A DNA stretch of 64,000 nucleotides from Planctomycetota bacterium (GTDB lineage Bacteria > Planctomycetota > B15-G4 > SIAN01): contig JANNXA010000028.1 of assembly GCA_031409275.1 (NCBI GenBank), forward strand, positions 12,257 to 76,256, given 5' to 3'. The position numbers were made by a program, and so were the translations under genes. Positions within the stretch are counted from its first letter, which is position 1; each line of letters starts with the position of its first letter. The notes under the pieces were generated by a model. It was not told the DNA's origin and did not search any database. It was given only the letters and a program-made list of their open reading frames with translations. Below are positions 9,300 through 18,985 of the stretch, piece after piece.

Positions 9300-12080
9300 T
9301 CAGTCGTCGGTCACGTAGTCGCTGGCGTGGCCCTGGAGCGCGCCGTTGGCGTCGATCCAGCTGTCGAGGATGACACCGAGGTCGGGGTCGGTGAGCTTCC
9401 GGATCAGGGTCGCGCCGAGCGGGCCGGGGCGCTGCGGATCGGCAGCGCCGTCGCGCAGGTTCGGACCGACACCGGGGTTGAGCATCGAGTGGTTGTTGGA
9501 GGCGAACGAGAAGCCAGTCTCATCGACGATGCGATCGAGGTCGAGCGCGACTCGCGCCGGGTCGAAGTTCGAGGCCGGCGCGACACCATCGCAACCGAAG
9601 CGGTCGTCGTTGTCGTCGAGCGGGTTCACGGGGCAGCCGTTCTCGTCGAACAGGAACATGCCGCTGCCGAGCCCGGCGACCATGTGCACGAAGAAGGGCG
9701 AGTTGAGCTGGTTGCCGGGGTTCTGCCCGATCTGCTGCTTCAACAGTTGGAAGTCGAGCGCGCCGTAGCTGCGCGTCGAAAGCGCGGCACGGAAGGCGTC
9801 GTATTCAGGGCGCCAGGCCGCGAGCCCGCTGTCGGTCAAGTGGCAGGCCACGCAGTAGCGCGGGCCCTCCTTGTCGGTGGCGACCTTGCCGCGGATCGAG
9901 TGTTGCATCAGCGAATTGTGGCCGAGCGAACCGAACGGTTTGTTCGGATCGTTGCCGTCGCTGTTGCGATCGGTGAAGGCGAAGATCTGGGAGAACTGCC
10001 CCTGGCGGTCGCGGTACTGATAGAAGACCTTCGTGTTGGTGGCCACCTGTGAGATGCGGTTCTTCGGGTCGACGCCGAGCTGGAACGGCACGACCGACTG
10101 GTAGGTGAAGTCGGCGTTGCGCTGGCGATACACGATGCGCTCGCCAGTGATGTTGCTGAAGTTGTTGCCCTCGTTGTACTCGCCCTTCAAGTGGCAGCCG
10201 ACGCAACTGTTCGACCACGAGGAGTGGCAGGTCGCGCAGCTCATGTTGTCGCCGTGGCTGAAGCCGTTGGCCGGGCGGTTCGATTGCAGCGGACCGATGC
10301 CATTGCTCGGGTCGTTGTCGGCGCGACCCATGGCGTAGGAGGCGCGCGCGCTCCACAGCGCCGCACCGCTCACCGGGTGGGTCTTGCCCGAGTCGACCAC
10401 GGCATCGCGAGTCTGCGGGACGTAGTGGCGCGCGCCGGTCAGCCGGCTGGTGAGCCACACGCTGCCGTCGCCCTCGCGCACGACGTGGTCGAGCGCGCGG
10501 CCGTTGCGATCCATCGCGGCATCGACCACGGTGCCGTCCTTCTTCACGTGCGGCGCGACCGCGGCGTAGGTCGCCGCATTGCCGTGGCAGTTCTCGCATT
10601 CGATCGCGGTCTGCTGCTCCATGCGACTGGCGATCGCCGTCCCGTTCGGGTCGCTGGCGTCGCCGCCATGGATATCGAAGCTGCCGTGGCAGTCGATGCA
10701 GCCCAAGCCCGCGTCGTAGTGGACGTCAGCCGGCGTGTCGTCACGCCCATCGCCGTCGTAGTCCTCGAACAGCAGGTACTGGTTGTGGTTGCGGCCGTTG
10801 AAGGTGTGGTTGCCGACGACCGGGTCGAAGAGGCGCGTGTCATCGGCGGTGGTGCGAAACGTCACCGGATCGGCGGGGTACTGGAGGTGGTTGCGCACGT
10901 CGGCGTTCTGGTCGAGCCGGATGCCCCAGTACTGCATCACGGTCCGGTTCGAGCCCTGGTGGCAACCGGCGCAGGTGATGTCATCGATGCCCGGCATCAT
11001 GGCGCCGTTCGCCATCGGCCTCGCCACGCTGCGGATCTGGTGGCTGCGGATGTGCGAGCGCTCGGGCGGATCGATGTCGTCGGGATCGAGCGGCTCGAGT
11101 TTGTTGACGTGGGGGTCCTTGCTGCCGCTGCGGCCGCTCGCGCTGTAGGGCATGTGGCAGGCCGTGCAGCCCGACGAGCGGAAATCGCCGTAACGGTTGT
11201 TGGCGCCCGCGCTCCCGAGGTGGCAGTCGCCGCAGGTGAACGCCACCTGCTCCATGAAGAGCGCCGCCAGTCGCGAACCGCTGTTCACGCGTCGATTGGC
11301 GTCGAGGTCATTGGACAGGCTCGCGGCGGAATAGGCGTTGTTGCGGAACAACTCCATCGGCCCCGTCTTGCCGAAGCCGCTGTTCACCGGCACTTCGAGC
11401 AGCGATCCGACCTTGCCGACCTGCGCTGGATCGAAGATCCAGTTGGGATCGGTCACGGCGCGCCACCCGAGGTCGGCGGCGGTGTCGTCGTAGAGCCCTT
11501 GATGTTCCGGGATCTCGTTCTGCACGCCCATGAAGTAGGTGGAGCCGGAGAAGAACCCGGCTTCCGTCGCCAGCAGGCTGCGCGAGACGACGTTGGCGTG
11601 CGGACCATGGCAGGCGCCGCACGAGCGGTTGCGCGACACCACGCGCAGGTCGCCGGGGTTCACGAACTGCAGGTAGTCGAGCGCGGTGAAGCTCTTCGAG
11701 CCGACCGTGTAGTCGGGAAACTTGTCGAGCCCCGACATGGTCAGGCGGTTGAACCAGGCGCGCGCGTTGTTGATCTGGAACGTGTCATCGCCGATCTCGG
11801 GCGGCGGCGGGACGTGGCTCGAGTCGCGATCCTTGCCGGTCGAGTCGCCGCCGTGGCACGTCGTGCAGTCGAGGTTGGCGGCGCCGGCGAACGGGTGGGG
11901 GTTCTCGAGTCCGGGTCCCGAGTAGTCGACGTGCTGCGCGCCGTTGTGGCAGCTCATGCACGAATTCGACTGCGTGCTGGCCAGCTCGTCGCGCGAGGTG
12001 GAGTCGAGGCAGGCCGAAGCCAGCAGCGGCAGCACGGCGGCGAGTCGATGGGCGCCGCGTTTGCCCACGATGGAAGCCAT
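9300..12080 (-). CDS. Multiheme c-type cytochrome lipoprotein, 11 CxxCH
   Basis: AGGAG RBS before ATG 12080; lipobox LASAC; CMSCH, CTTCH, CGACH, CGDCH, CTACH, CAGCH, CIDCH, CENCH, CATCH, CVGCH, CVACH. Confidence 0.9.
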   Translation of the reverse strand: MASIVGKRGAHRLAAVLPLLASACLDSTSRDELASTQSNSCMSCHNGAQHVDYSGPGLENPHPFAGAANLDCTTCHGGDSTGKDRDSSHVPPPPEIGDDTFQINNARAWFNRLTMSGLDKFPDYTVGSKSFTALDYLQFVNPGDLRVVSRNRSCGACHGPHANVVSRSLLATEAGFFSGSTYFMGVQNEIPEHQGLYDDTAADLGWRAVTDPNWIFDPAQVGKVGSLLEVPVNSGFGKTGPMELFRNNAYSAASLSNDLDANRRVNSGSRLAALFMEQVAFTCGDCHLGSAGANNRYGDFRSSGCTACHMPYSASGRSGSKDPHVNKLEPLDPDDIDPPERSHIRSHQIRSVARPMANGAMMPGIDDITCAGCHQGSNRTVMQYWGIRLDQNADVRNHLQYPADPVTFRTTADDTRLFDPVVGNHTFNGRNHNQYLLFEDYDGDGRDDTPADVHYDAGLGCIDCHGSFDIHGGDASDPNGTAIASRMEQQTAIECENCHGNAATYAAVAPHVKKDGTVVDAAMDRNGRALDHVVREGDGSVWLTSRLTGARHYVPQTRDAVVDSGKTHPVSGAALWSARASYAMGRADNDPSNGIGPLQSNRPANGFSHGDNMSCATCHSSWSNSCVGCHLKGEYNEGNNFSNITGERIVYRQRNADFTYQSVVPFQLGVDPKNRISQVATNTKVFYQYRDRQGQFSQIFAFTDRNSDGNDPNKPFGSLGHNSLMQHSIRGKVATDKEGPRYCVACHLTDSGLAAWRPEYDAFRAALSTRSYGALDFQLLKQQIGQNPGNQLNSPFFVHMVAGLGSGMFLFDENGCPVNPLDDNDDRFGCDGVAPASNFDPARVALDLDRIVDETGFSFASNNHSMLNPGVGPNLRDGAADPQRPGPLGATLIRKLTDPDLGVILDSWIDANGALQGHASDYVTDD

Positions 12081-12212
12081 CCAGCGATCTCCTGCGAACT
12101 CCCCGCGCGCGCCGTTCGAGCCGCGCACCATCCCGGGCTGTTCATCGGAAGCCGGGATGCCCACTTGAGGGGCGAGCTGCGCGCGCCGCCGGCGCGCCCC
12201 GGGGGCGGCGCG

Positions 12213-12872
12213 TTACTTCGACTCGGCCAGGCGCCAGTCGGTCGGCAGGTGGCAGCGATCGCAGCGGTCGACGAAGCCGAGCGCGAGGTGCGGCGGGTTG
12301 TTGGCCCGCGCGAGATCGGCGCGATGGCACGTCACGCACGACGGATCGTTCGGGACGAAGTTGCCGACGAACGCACCGGGATGGCACTGGTGGCAAGCGA
12401 CCCGCGAATGGGCGCCGCTCAGCGGGAAGCGGCTGCGCGCGTGCGCCTCGAGCTGGCCGCTGGGTTGCCAGGTGTCGGGTTGATGGCAGCGCGCGCAGTC
12501 GCTGCCGAGGTCGCCGCCATGGACGTCCTCGTGGCAGCCGCCGCATCCCTTCGCCGCGAAGACGTCGACCGGTCCGCGATCGTTGTGGCAACGCAGGCAC
12601 TGCGCCTGCGCATGCGCGCCCTCGAGCGCGACGCCCGTCTCCTTCGCATGGTCGAAGTCGAAGTCGGCGCGCATCGTGTTCCAGCCGCTGCCCTCGTGGC
12701 AGATCCCACAATCGGCCGGAAAGCTCTCGTGCGGAAGCACCGGCCCGAGCCCGGTCCACCAACGATGGCGCGCGCCGGCGCGCGGATCGGCGCCAACGCA
12801 GGCGGCGATGGTGACGGCCGTCGCCGCGAACAGTCCGGCGCGCCATCGGCGACGTAGCGTCGTGCTGCCCAT
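12213..12872 (-). CDS. Multiheme c-type cytochrome lipoprotein, 7 CxxCH
   Basis: TGATG overlap with the upstream gene; lipobox IAAC; CGICH, CLRCH, CGGCH, CARCH, CHQCH, CVTCH, CDRCH. Confidence 0.9.
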   Translation of the reverse strand: MGSTTLRRRWRAGLFAATAVTIAACVGADPRAGARHRWWTGLGPVLPHESFPADCGICHEGSGWNTMRADFDFDHAKETGVALEGAHAQAQCLRCHNDRGPVDVFAAKGCGGCHEDVHGGDLGSDCARCHQPDTWQPSGQLEAHARSRFPLSGAHSRVACHQCHPGAFVGNFVPNDPSCVTCHRADLARANNPPHLALGFVDRCDRCHLPTDWRLAESK

Positions 12873-14608
12873 CAGAAGCTCCGTTCCAGCGAGAGTCCGC
12901 CCGACCAGGCGTATTCGTCGTCCCACACCTTGAGCTCGAGACGGGCCGCGATGCGCAGCCCGCCGCTGGTGAAGAAGCTCTGGCTCGCGAAGAAGCGGTG
13001 CTGGACGATGTCATCGAGTCGGCTCGAGAAGCCTTCCTGGCGGTGATCGGCGAGCTCGTACATGCAGTCCCAGCGCTGGTCGAGCGTGCTGCCCATCGCG
13101 CCGACGCGGAAGCCGCTGACCCGCGTGAAGGTGCCGGTGCTGGCGAAACTGGTCACGTCGAGCCGCGCGTCGTCGAACACGGGCAGCGGCACGTCGAATC
13201 CGGCTTCGGCCGAGCCGCCGCTGCCGTCCTGGTCGTGGAAGCCGGCGAGCTCGCCGTGCACCGCGAACGCGGCGTCGGGGTCGGTGCGACCGCGCAGCGT
13301 CAGTCGGTCGAGGTGCGCTCGATCGAGCGTCGCGGCGTTCAACGGGAGGAACTCGCCGTCGCGCTGCAGCTCGGGGAATGCGACGTGCTGGAACGAGAGG
13401 AACAGGTCGCCGCCGTCGTCGAAGCGCCGGCCAAGCGCCGCGATCGCCTGCGTCAACTCGACGTTCTGCTGCTTCACGTCATCGTGACCGTCGTAGAAAT
13501 CGACCCACGTCGCGACGTGCGCGTCCCAGCCGCTGCTGGGCACCCAACGCATCCTGGTCAGCGCGAGGCGCCGATCGAGCTCGCCGTCGTGCCACGTCTG
13601 CTGCAGCGCCACCGTCGCGGTGAGCCGCTCGCTCTCGTCCGCGATCCACTCCCACGCCGCGGCGGCCTGGACGTCGTGGAACGACCGGAAGTCGTCGTCG
13701 AGCTGCGGCATGAAGCCGAGGCTCGCGCTGAAGCGATCGCCGTCCGCCGTCCGCGTGCCCCATTCGACGCCGTCAAGGAAGCCGAACTCGGGCACTGCGT
13801 GCTGGAGGAAGCGGCCGAACTCGAAGCGTTGCGGCTCGAAGCGCGTGCCGCCGTTGGCGTACGAGAGTCGTCGCGGCAGCAGGTCGAGCGAGTGGCCGTC
13901 GTCGAGTTCGGTCTTGTAGTTGAACTCGAGGTCGGCGCGCAGCGTTCCGCCGTCGCCGAACAGGTTCTCGGCGCGCGTGTCGACCCCGGCGCGGGCGACG
14001 GTGTCGGACCAGCCGCCGTCGCTCGAACGAGCGAGCTCGCTGCTGCTCCACATCCGAGTCGACCAGCGCGGCTCGCGCTGCTCGGGGCGCGTTGGCGGTA
14101 CGCGCGACAGCAGCGGCTGCGTCGCGTCGAAGCCTTCGTCGCGATTCGACCAGGCCGGCTTGGCGCTCTCCTTCGCGTCCGCCGCGGGCGCCGTCTTCGG
14201 GCCGCTCTTCGGCGCGGTCCGCGCGGACGGCGGGACGGGGGGCTCGACTTCGCGCGGCGTGGCGGGCGGCGGCATCGGTGGCGGCTTCGGCAGGCGCGAG
14301 GCGGGCAGCTGTGCGTCGCCGCGCGTGCCGAGCTCGATCACCGCCGAGCGATCGTCGAGCTCGGCAGTCGCCACGCGCTCGCGGACTTCGGCGATGACGC
14401 CATCCAACGGGGCGCCCTTGCGCGGCCGGAACTGCACGCGATCACCGATCTTGAGCCCGTCTGCGATCCCGCGATCGACGATGACGCGCCCCGGCGTCGC
14501 CGCCATCACGCGCAGCTCGACGCGCACTTGCGGCTCCGACTCCTGTGCCGGCGCCGGCGCGATCAGCGCGGCGGGCATCAGCGAACCGAGGAGCCACGCG
14601 GCGGTCAT
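12872..14608 (-). CDS. Putative outer-membrane beta-barrel protein (porin-like)
   Basis: Signal peptide; small N-terminal beta domain and Pro-rich linker; amphipathic strands; C-terminal GLSLERSF ending in Phe; ATGA overlap with the cytochrome gene. Confidence 0.7.
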   Translation of the reverse strand: MTAAWLLGSLMPAALIAPAPAQESEPQVRVELRVMAATPGRVIVDRGIADGLKIGDRVQFRPRKGAPLDGVIAEVRERVATAELDDRSAVIELGTRGDAQLPASRLPKPPPMPPPATPREVEPPVPPSARTAPKSGPKTAPAADAKESAKPAWSNRDEGFDATQPLLSRVPPTRPEQREPRWSTRMWSSSELARSSDGGWSDTVARAGVDTRAENLFGDGGTLRADLEFNYKTELDDGHSLDLLPRRLSYANGGTRFEPQRFEFGRFLQHAVPEFGFLDGVEWGTRTADGDRFSASLGFMPQLDDDFRSFHDVQAAAAWEWIADESERLTATVALQQTWHDGELDRRLALTRMRWVPSSGWDAHVATWVDFYDGHDDVKQQNVELTQAIAALGRRFDDGGDLFLSFQHVAFPELQRDGEFLPLNAATLDRAHLDRLTLRGRTDPDAAFAVHGELAGFHDQDGSGGSAEAGFDVPLPVFDDARLDVTSFASTGTFTRVSGFRVGAMGSTLDQRWDCMYELADHRQEGFSSRLDDIVQHRFFASQSFFTSGGLRIAARLELKVWDDEYAWSGGLSLERSF

Positions 14609-16722
14609 CCACTCTTCCCTCGACGTCGGCGCAGCGGATCCTGCGGTGCGCCATGACAGTCCGCGCATTCGCTCGGCACCGGCCGATAGCGCACGACCTC
14701 TTCACCTTCGTGCACGAACACCGGATGGCAGGCCGAGCAACTCGCGGCACGATGGGTTTCGTCGAGTCGGAAGGAGGAATGCAGGTTGTGCTGGAAGAAC
14801 AGCACGGAAAAGTCGGCCGTCGGCTGATGGCACGGAGTGCAGCGGTTGCCCTCGTCGCGAACGAATTGCCCGGCATGCGGATCTTCATGGCAGTCGCCGC
14901 ACTCCGATCCGGCGGCAGGCGCGCTGGTGCGTCCGCGTGCGTCGCGTTGCGGCAGGGGGGCGTGGCATTGCGAGCAGCCCGCCGCACCGTGCGCGCCCTC
15001 GAGCGCGAATCCGGTCTGAGCCGCGTGGTCGAAGGAATCGGACGCGGCGCGGAACGACACCTCGTCATGACAAGTGGTGCAACCGGTCACGCCGCCACCG
15101 GCCCGGTCGCCATCGCCGTCGAAGGCCGCGTCGTGCGGATCGGCGTGGCAGCTCGCGCAGCCGGAGATCGGCCCGAAGTGGTCGCTGGCACGCGCGTAGC
15201 TGCGGCCGTCCGGCTCGCGCGCGGGCAGCGCCGGATGGCAGCTCGCGCAATCCGCCTGCAGATGGGCGCCGCGCAGCGTGAATCCGGTCGAGCGTCCATG
15301 GTCGAACGGCGCCACGAGCTGATCGAACGCGGTCGTTCCGTGGCAGCGAGCGCAGCTGCCGGCGGCATTCGTCGCCTGGCGACCTCCTCGCGTCTCGAAC
15401 ACGCCGTCGTGCGGGTCGTGGTGGCACTGGTCGCAGCGCGTCTGCGTGCCATGGAAGCGACGCGGCACCGTGGAGGCGTTGCGCGCGGCGAGCGGCACCT
15501 CGCCGAGGTCGCCGCTCGGTTGATGGCAGCGCGCGCAGTCGGCGTCGCGATGGGCGCCCGTCAACGGCAGCGGCGTGCGCGCGTGACGGCCGACCGTGAA
15601 GGTGTGCGGTGCGAAGAAGCGGAAGTCGTGGCAGCTCACGCAGCCGAGCGGCGCGAGCTTGCTGTCGGCGAACTGGCCGCCGTGCGGATCGGCATGGCAG
15701 GCGGCGCAATCTCGCGCGGCGCGGCCGGGGTAGCGAGCGGCGAAGTCGGGCGCCTCGGGAGCGTGGCAGCGCGCGCATTCGAGATCGGCGTGCGGCGCGG
15801 CGAGTTCGAGCGATGTCGCCGCGTGCTGCGCCACGCTCACGGTGGCGCGCGGATCACGAAAGGAGTCGTGGTCGGCGGCGTGGCAGATCACGCAGCCTTG
15901 TCCCGGCGTCGTCGCCGTCTCGCGCGCGACCTGCGCCGTGAAGTTCGGCGCATGCGGCGAGGCGTGGCAGTCGGCGCAGCTGCGCGCCGGCGCCCGTCGC
16001 GTCGCCGTCTGCGCCTCCAACGCGTGGGCACCATCGGCCGCGTGGCAGTCGCGGCAGCTCGCCTTGGCGTGGCCGCCGATCAGCGGCAGGTAGTCGTCGT
16101 GCGCGAACGGCAGCGTGCGATCCCAGTCGTTCGTCGAATGGCATTGCGCGCAGGTCGGCGCCATGCGTTCCGCATGCGGATCGGCGTGGCAGGTCGCGCA
16201 GTCGACGTGCTGACCGAGGTAGCGCCAACCGCCGGGCGGCAGCTCGCCGACGTCGGCGTTGGCGTGGCACTTCGCGCAGCTCAGCTCCGCGTGCTTGCCA
16301 TCGAGCGCGTAGCCGACCTGCGCGTGGTCGAACTGCGCGAGGTCGGCGAAGCCGGCCAACGCGAAGCTGCGCGGGTTCACTGGAACGAAGGCGTCGCCGT
16401 GGTGCTCGCCGTGGCAGCGCGCACACGCGTCGGCGAGCGTCGGATCGAGCCGCCCATGCAACCCATCGCGCCGCTGCAGCTGCGTCGCCACCTCGCCGTG
16501 GCACTCGAGGCACGCTTCGGCCATCGTCTCGCCGATCCCGCCGTGGCAGCTCGAGCAGTCCCACGAGCCGTTCAGCTCCGAGTTGCGACCGTGGACGGCG
16601 GACAACGGCCCGGGCGCGACGCGTCGCACGTAGCGCCCGCCCACCAGCCCGGCGAGCGCGACGCACGACAGGACCGCGAGCCACAGGCTCGGCTGGCGCC
16701 AACGCGGGATCGCCGAGTTCAT
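14605..16722 (-). CDS. Large multiheme cytochrome c (c3/c7-like repeats), 23 CxxCH
   Basis: N-terminal hydrophobic anchor or signal, PGPLSAVH; 23 CxxCH counted, in triheme repeats (FDH...L-x-G-x-H...CxxCH...CxxCH-xDPH...CxxCH). Confidence 0.93.
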   Translation of the reverse strand: MNSAIPRWRQPSLWLAVLSCVALAGLVGGRYVRRVAPGPLSAVHGRNSELNGSWDCSSCHGGIGETMAEACLECHGEVATQLQRRDGLHGRLDPTLADACARCHGEHHGDAFVPVNPRSFALAGFADLAQFDHAQVGYALDGKHAELSCAKCHANADVGELPPGGWRYLGQHVDCATCHADPHAERMAPTCAQCHSTNDWDRTLPFAHDDYLPLIGGHAKASCRDCHAADGAHALEAQTATRRAPARSCADCHASPHAPNFTAQVARETATTPGQGCVICHAADHDSFRDPRATVSVAQHAATSLELAAPHADLECARCHAPEAPDFAARYPGRAARDCAACHADPHGGQFADSKLAPLGCVSCHDFRFFAPHTFTVGRHARTPLPLTGAHRDADCARCHQPSGDLGEVPLAARNASTVPRRFHGTQTRCDQCHHDPHDGVFETRGGRQATNAAGSCARCHGTTAFDQLVAPFDHGRSTGFTLRGAHLQADCASCHPALPAREPDGRSYARASDHFGPISGCASCHADPHDAAFDGDGDRAGGGVTGCTTCHDEVSFRAASDSFDHAAQTGFALEGAHGAAGCSQCHAPLPQRDARGRTSAPAAGSECGDCHEDPHAGQFVRDEGNRCTPCHQPTADFSVLFFQHNLHSSFRLDETHRAASCSACHPVFVHEGEEVVRYRPVPSECADCHGAPQDPLRRRRGKSG

Positions 16723-18953
16723 TGGCCGCCTCCATAGAGCAGAGCGCAGCCGACGTGGATCGCCACCAGCAGGACCATCAGCGCGGCGAGCCAGCGGTGG
16801 AAGAAGCGCCAGGTCGACACGATGGCGCGCAGCTCTTCGAATCGCGCGAGCATCAGCGCCGCGCGATGGGCGCGCCGCGCCAGCGCCAACGCGCGCTTCA
16901 CGTCCGCCGGAGCGACTCCATCACGAGCCCCTTGCTCGGCCAGGACGCGCAACGCGCGGCGCAGCGAACGTTGGGTCGCCATCAGCGCGCCGATCCGGTG
17001 GAGGAAGCTGCCGCGCCACGGCTGCGCTTCGATGAGCTCCAGCACGTTCGCCCGCGCTCGCGCGAAGAAGGGCGGCTCGTTTCCGTTCGCGCTGGCGATC
17101 GCGGCGAGCTTCGCGCGCGACTCGGCCAGCGCCAGTTCACGCCCGTTCGCGGCGCGCGGCAGCCAGGCGTAGAGGTAGCGGCCGACCGCGCCCGTCAGCA
17201 GCAGCAACCCGATCGCCGCAAAGGCGTGGCCGCCGACGCTGTCGCGCGGGTCGAGCGCGGCATGCAACGCCACCAACAGGAACGCGAGGATGCCCGTGGC
17301 GACATGGCTGGTCATCCACGCCCGCAGCGATCCGAGTGCGAAGCGGCCGCGTGCGGCGCGCCGCACCACGTAGAGCAGGTTGATGACGACGAGCGCCGAC
17401 GCCGCGATGCCGAAGGCGAGCCCAAGACCGGTGCCCGGCCGCAGCCAGCCGTGCTGCGGATGGAGCGGGCGCAGCGTGGCCGACAGCGCGTAGTAGTCGC
17501 GATGCCACAGCGCGAAGGCGAAGGCGCCGATCGCCAGCGCGAAGCCGATGGCCAGCGCACGCAGGACACCGCTGCCTTGCTCGACGACCGCGCGTGGCGG
17601 CGGGCGCAGTTCCGGATCGAACGAGACCCCGGCGCGTTCGAGCAGCGGGAAGGGCGGCGTGCCGCCGGCCAGGACGATGACTTCGTCGTTCGCGAACTCG
17701 AGCGGTTCGACCACTTCTCCGCGGCGCAGCGCGACCTCGACTCGTTCCGGCGTGATTGCGGTGACGTCGCTCGACAGCAGCAGCTTCACGCGGTGGGCGC
17801 GCACCTGCGCGTCGAGTCGCGCCTGGCTGTCGGGGCGCAAGCGGAAGAAACCGTCCTGCCGGTACGACAGGGTGACTTCCGTGCCGGTCTGCTCGGCCAG
17901 TCCGACCGCGGCTTCGACGGCACTCTCGCCGCCGCCGACCACCAACACTCGACGACGCTCAAAGGCGCGGGCGTCCTGCAGCGCGTAGGCGACCTTGTCG
18001 AGCTCTTCGCCGGGCACGCCGAGTCGACGCGGCAGACCGCGGCGCCCGATGGCGAGGCAGGCGAAGCGTGCGCGGACCGCGGTGCGCGACGTCACGAGCT
18101 CGAACGTGCCATCGACGCCGCGGTGCACATCGCGCAGTTCATGTCCGTGCTCGATGGGCAGGGCGTGCTGCGCCGCGATCTGCTGCCACAGCAGGACCAG
18201 CTCCTCCTTGGCGAACTCGGTGCGCTCGATGCGGCCGTGCAGCGGAAGCTCGATCGGCGCGGTGACGACGAGTTTCTTGCGCGGGTATTTGGCGACCGTG
18301 CCGCCCAGCGTCGGCTCGTGCTCCAGCACGACGAAGGTGAGGCCGAGCCGCTTCGCTTCAAGTGCGGCGGCGAGGCCGGCCGGTCCGGCGCCGACGATGG
18401 CGAGGTCGAGCGTCGTGGTCGAGTCGGTGCGCGCGCGCGTGTGGGCGTCGGGCGCAAGTCGGCGCGCGACCTCAGCGACGACGCTCGTGCCCTGGGCGAT
18501 GGCGACATGGATCAGCGCGTGCGCCGTCACTTCGCCCGCGAGGAAGATCCCTGGCATGCCGATCGCTTCGAGCGCTGGCGACAACGCCGGGATGTCGCGC
18601 CGCTGGCCCGCATCGGTGAGCGCCACGGTGATCGCTCCGACGGGGCATTCGCGTTCGCACGCGGCGTGGCCGACGCAGCGCGCGCCATTCACGACGGCGG
18701 CCTGGCCGTGGACCATCTGCAGCACGCCCTCTTCGGGGCACGCCTCGACGCACTTGCCGCAGCCCAGACAGCGCGACAGGTCGACGAACGGATGCTGCAG
18801 CTGCGCGCGCTGGCTGCCGCGGCGTTGCGCATCGCGCCGCTGCGCGACGGTGCGTTCCATCTCGGCGAGCTCGCGGCGTCGCGCCCACGCCGCCAACAGC
18901 GCGAAGGCGAGCGCCGCGACGATCGCGGCCAGGAGGAGGTAGGCCCCGTTCAG
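16719..18953 (-). CDS. Membrane-bound 2x[4Fe-4S] plus FAD/NAD(P)-binding oxidoreductase with a C-terminal putative heme-b transmembrane domain
   Basis: CLGCGKCVEACP and CVGHAACERECP; AIVGAGPAG (FAD); VVGGGESA...YR (NADP-type); four membrane His (SHV, LHA, FHR, IHV). Start uncertain: CTG 18953 or TTG 18896. Confidence 0.88.
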   Translation of the reverse strand: MNGAYLLLAAIVAALAFALLAAWARRRELAEMERTVAQRRDAQRRGSQRAQLQHPFVDLSRCLGCGKCVEACPEEGVLQMVHGQAAVVNGARCVGHAACERECPVGAITVALTDAGQRRDIPALSPALEAIGMPGIFLAGEVTAHALIHVAIAQGTSVVAEVARRLAPDAHTRARTDSTTTLDLAIVGAGPAGLAAALEAKRLGLTFVVLEHEPTLGGTVAKYPRKKLVVTAPIELPLHGRIERTEFAKEELVLLWQQIAAQHALPIEHGHELRDVHRGVDGTFELVTSRTAVRARFACLAIGRRGLPRRLGVPGEELDKVAYALQDARAFERRRVLVVGGGESAVEAAVGLAEQTGTEVTLSYRQDGFFRLRPDSQARLDAQVRAHRVKLLLSSDVTAITPERVEVALRRGEVVEPLEFANDEVIVLAGGTPPFPLLERAGVSFDPELRPPPRAVVEQGSGVLRALAIGFALAIGAFAFALWHRDYYALSATLRPLHPQHGWLRPGTGLGLAFGIAASALVVINLLYVVRRAARGRFALGSLRAWMTSHVATGILAFLLVALHAALDPRDSVGGHAFAAIGLLLLTGAVGRYLYAWLPRAANGRELALAESRAKLAAIASANGNEPPFFARARANVLELIEAQPWRGSFLHRIGALMATQRSLRRALRVLAEQGARDGVAPADVKRALALARRAHRAALMLARFEELRAIVSTWRFFHRWLAALMVLLVAIHVGCALLYGGGQ

Positions 18954-18985
18954 ATGGAGCTCGGCACGCGGAAAGTCGCGGAGGA

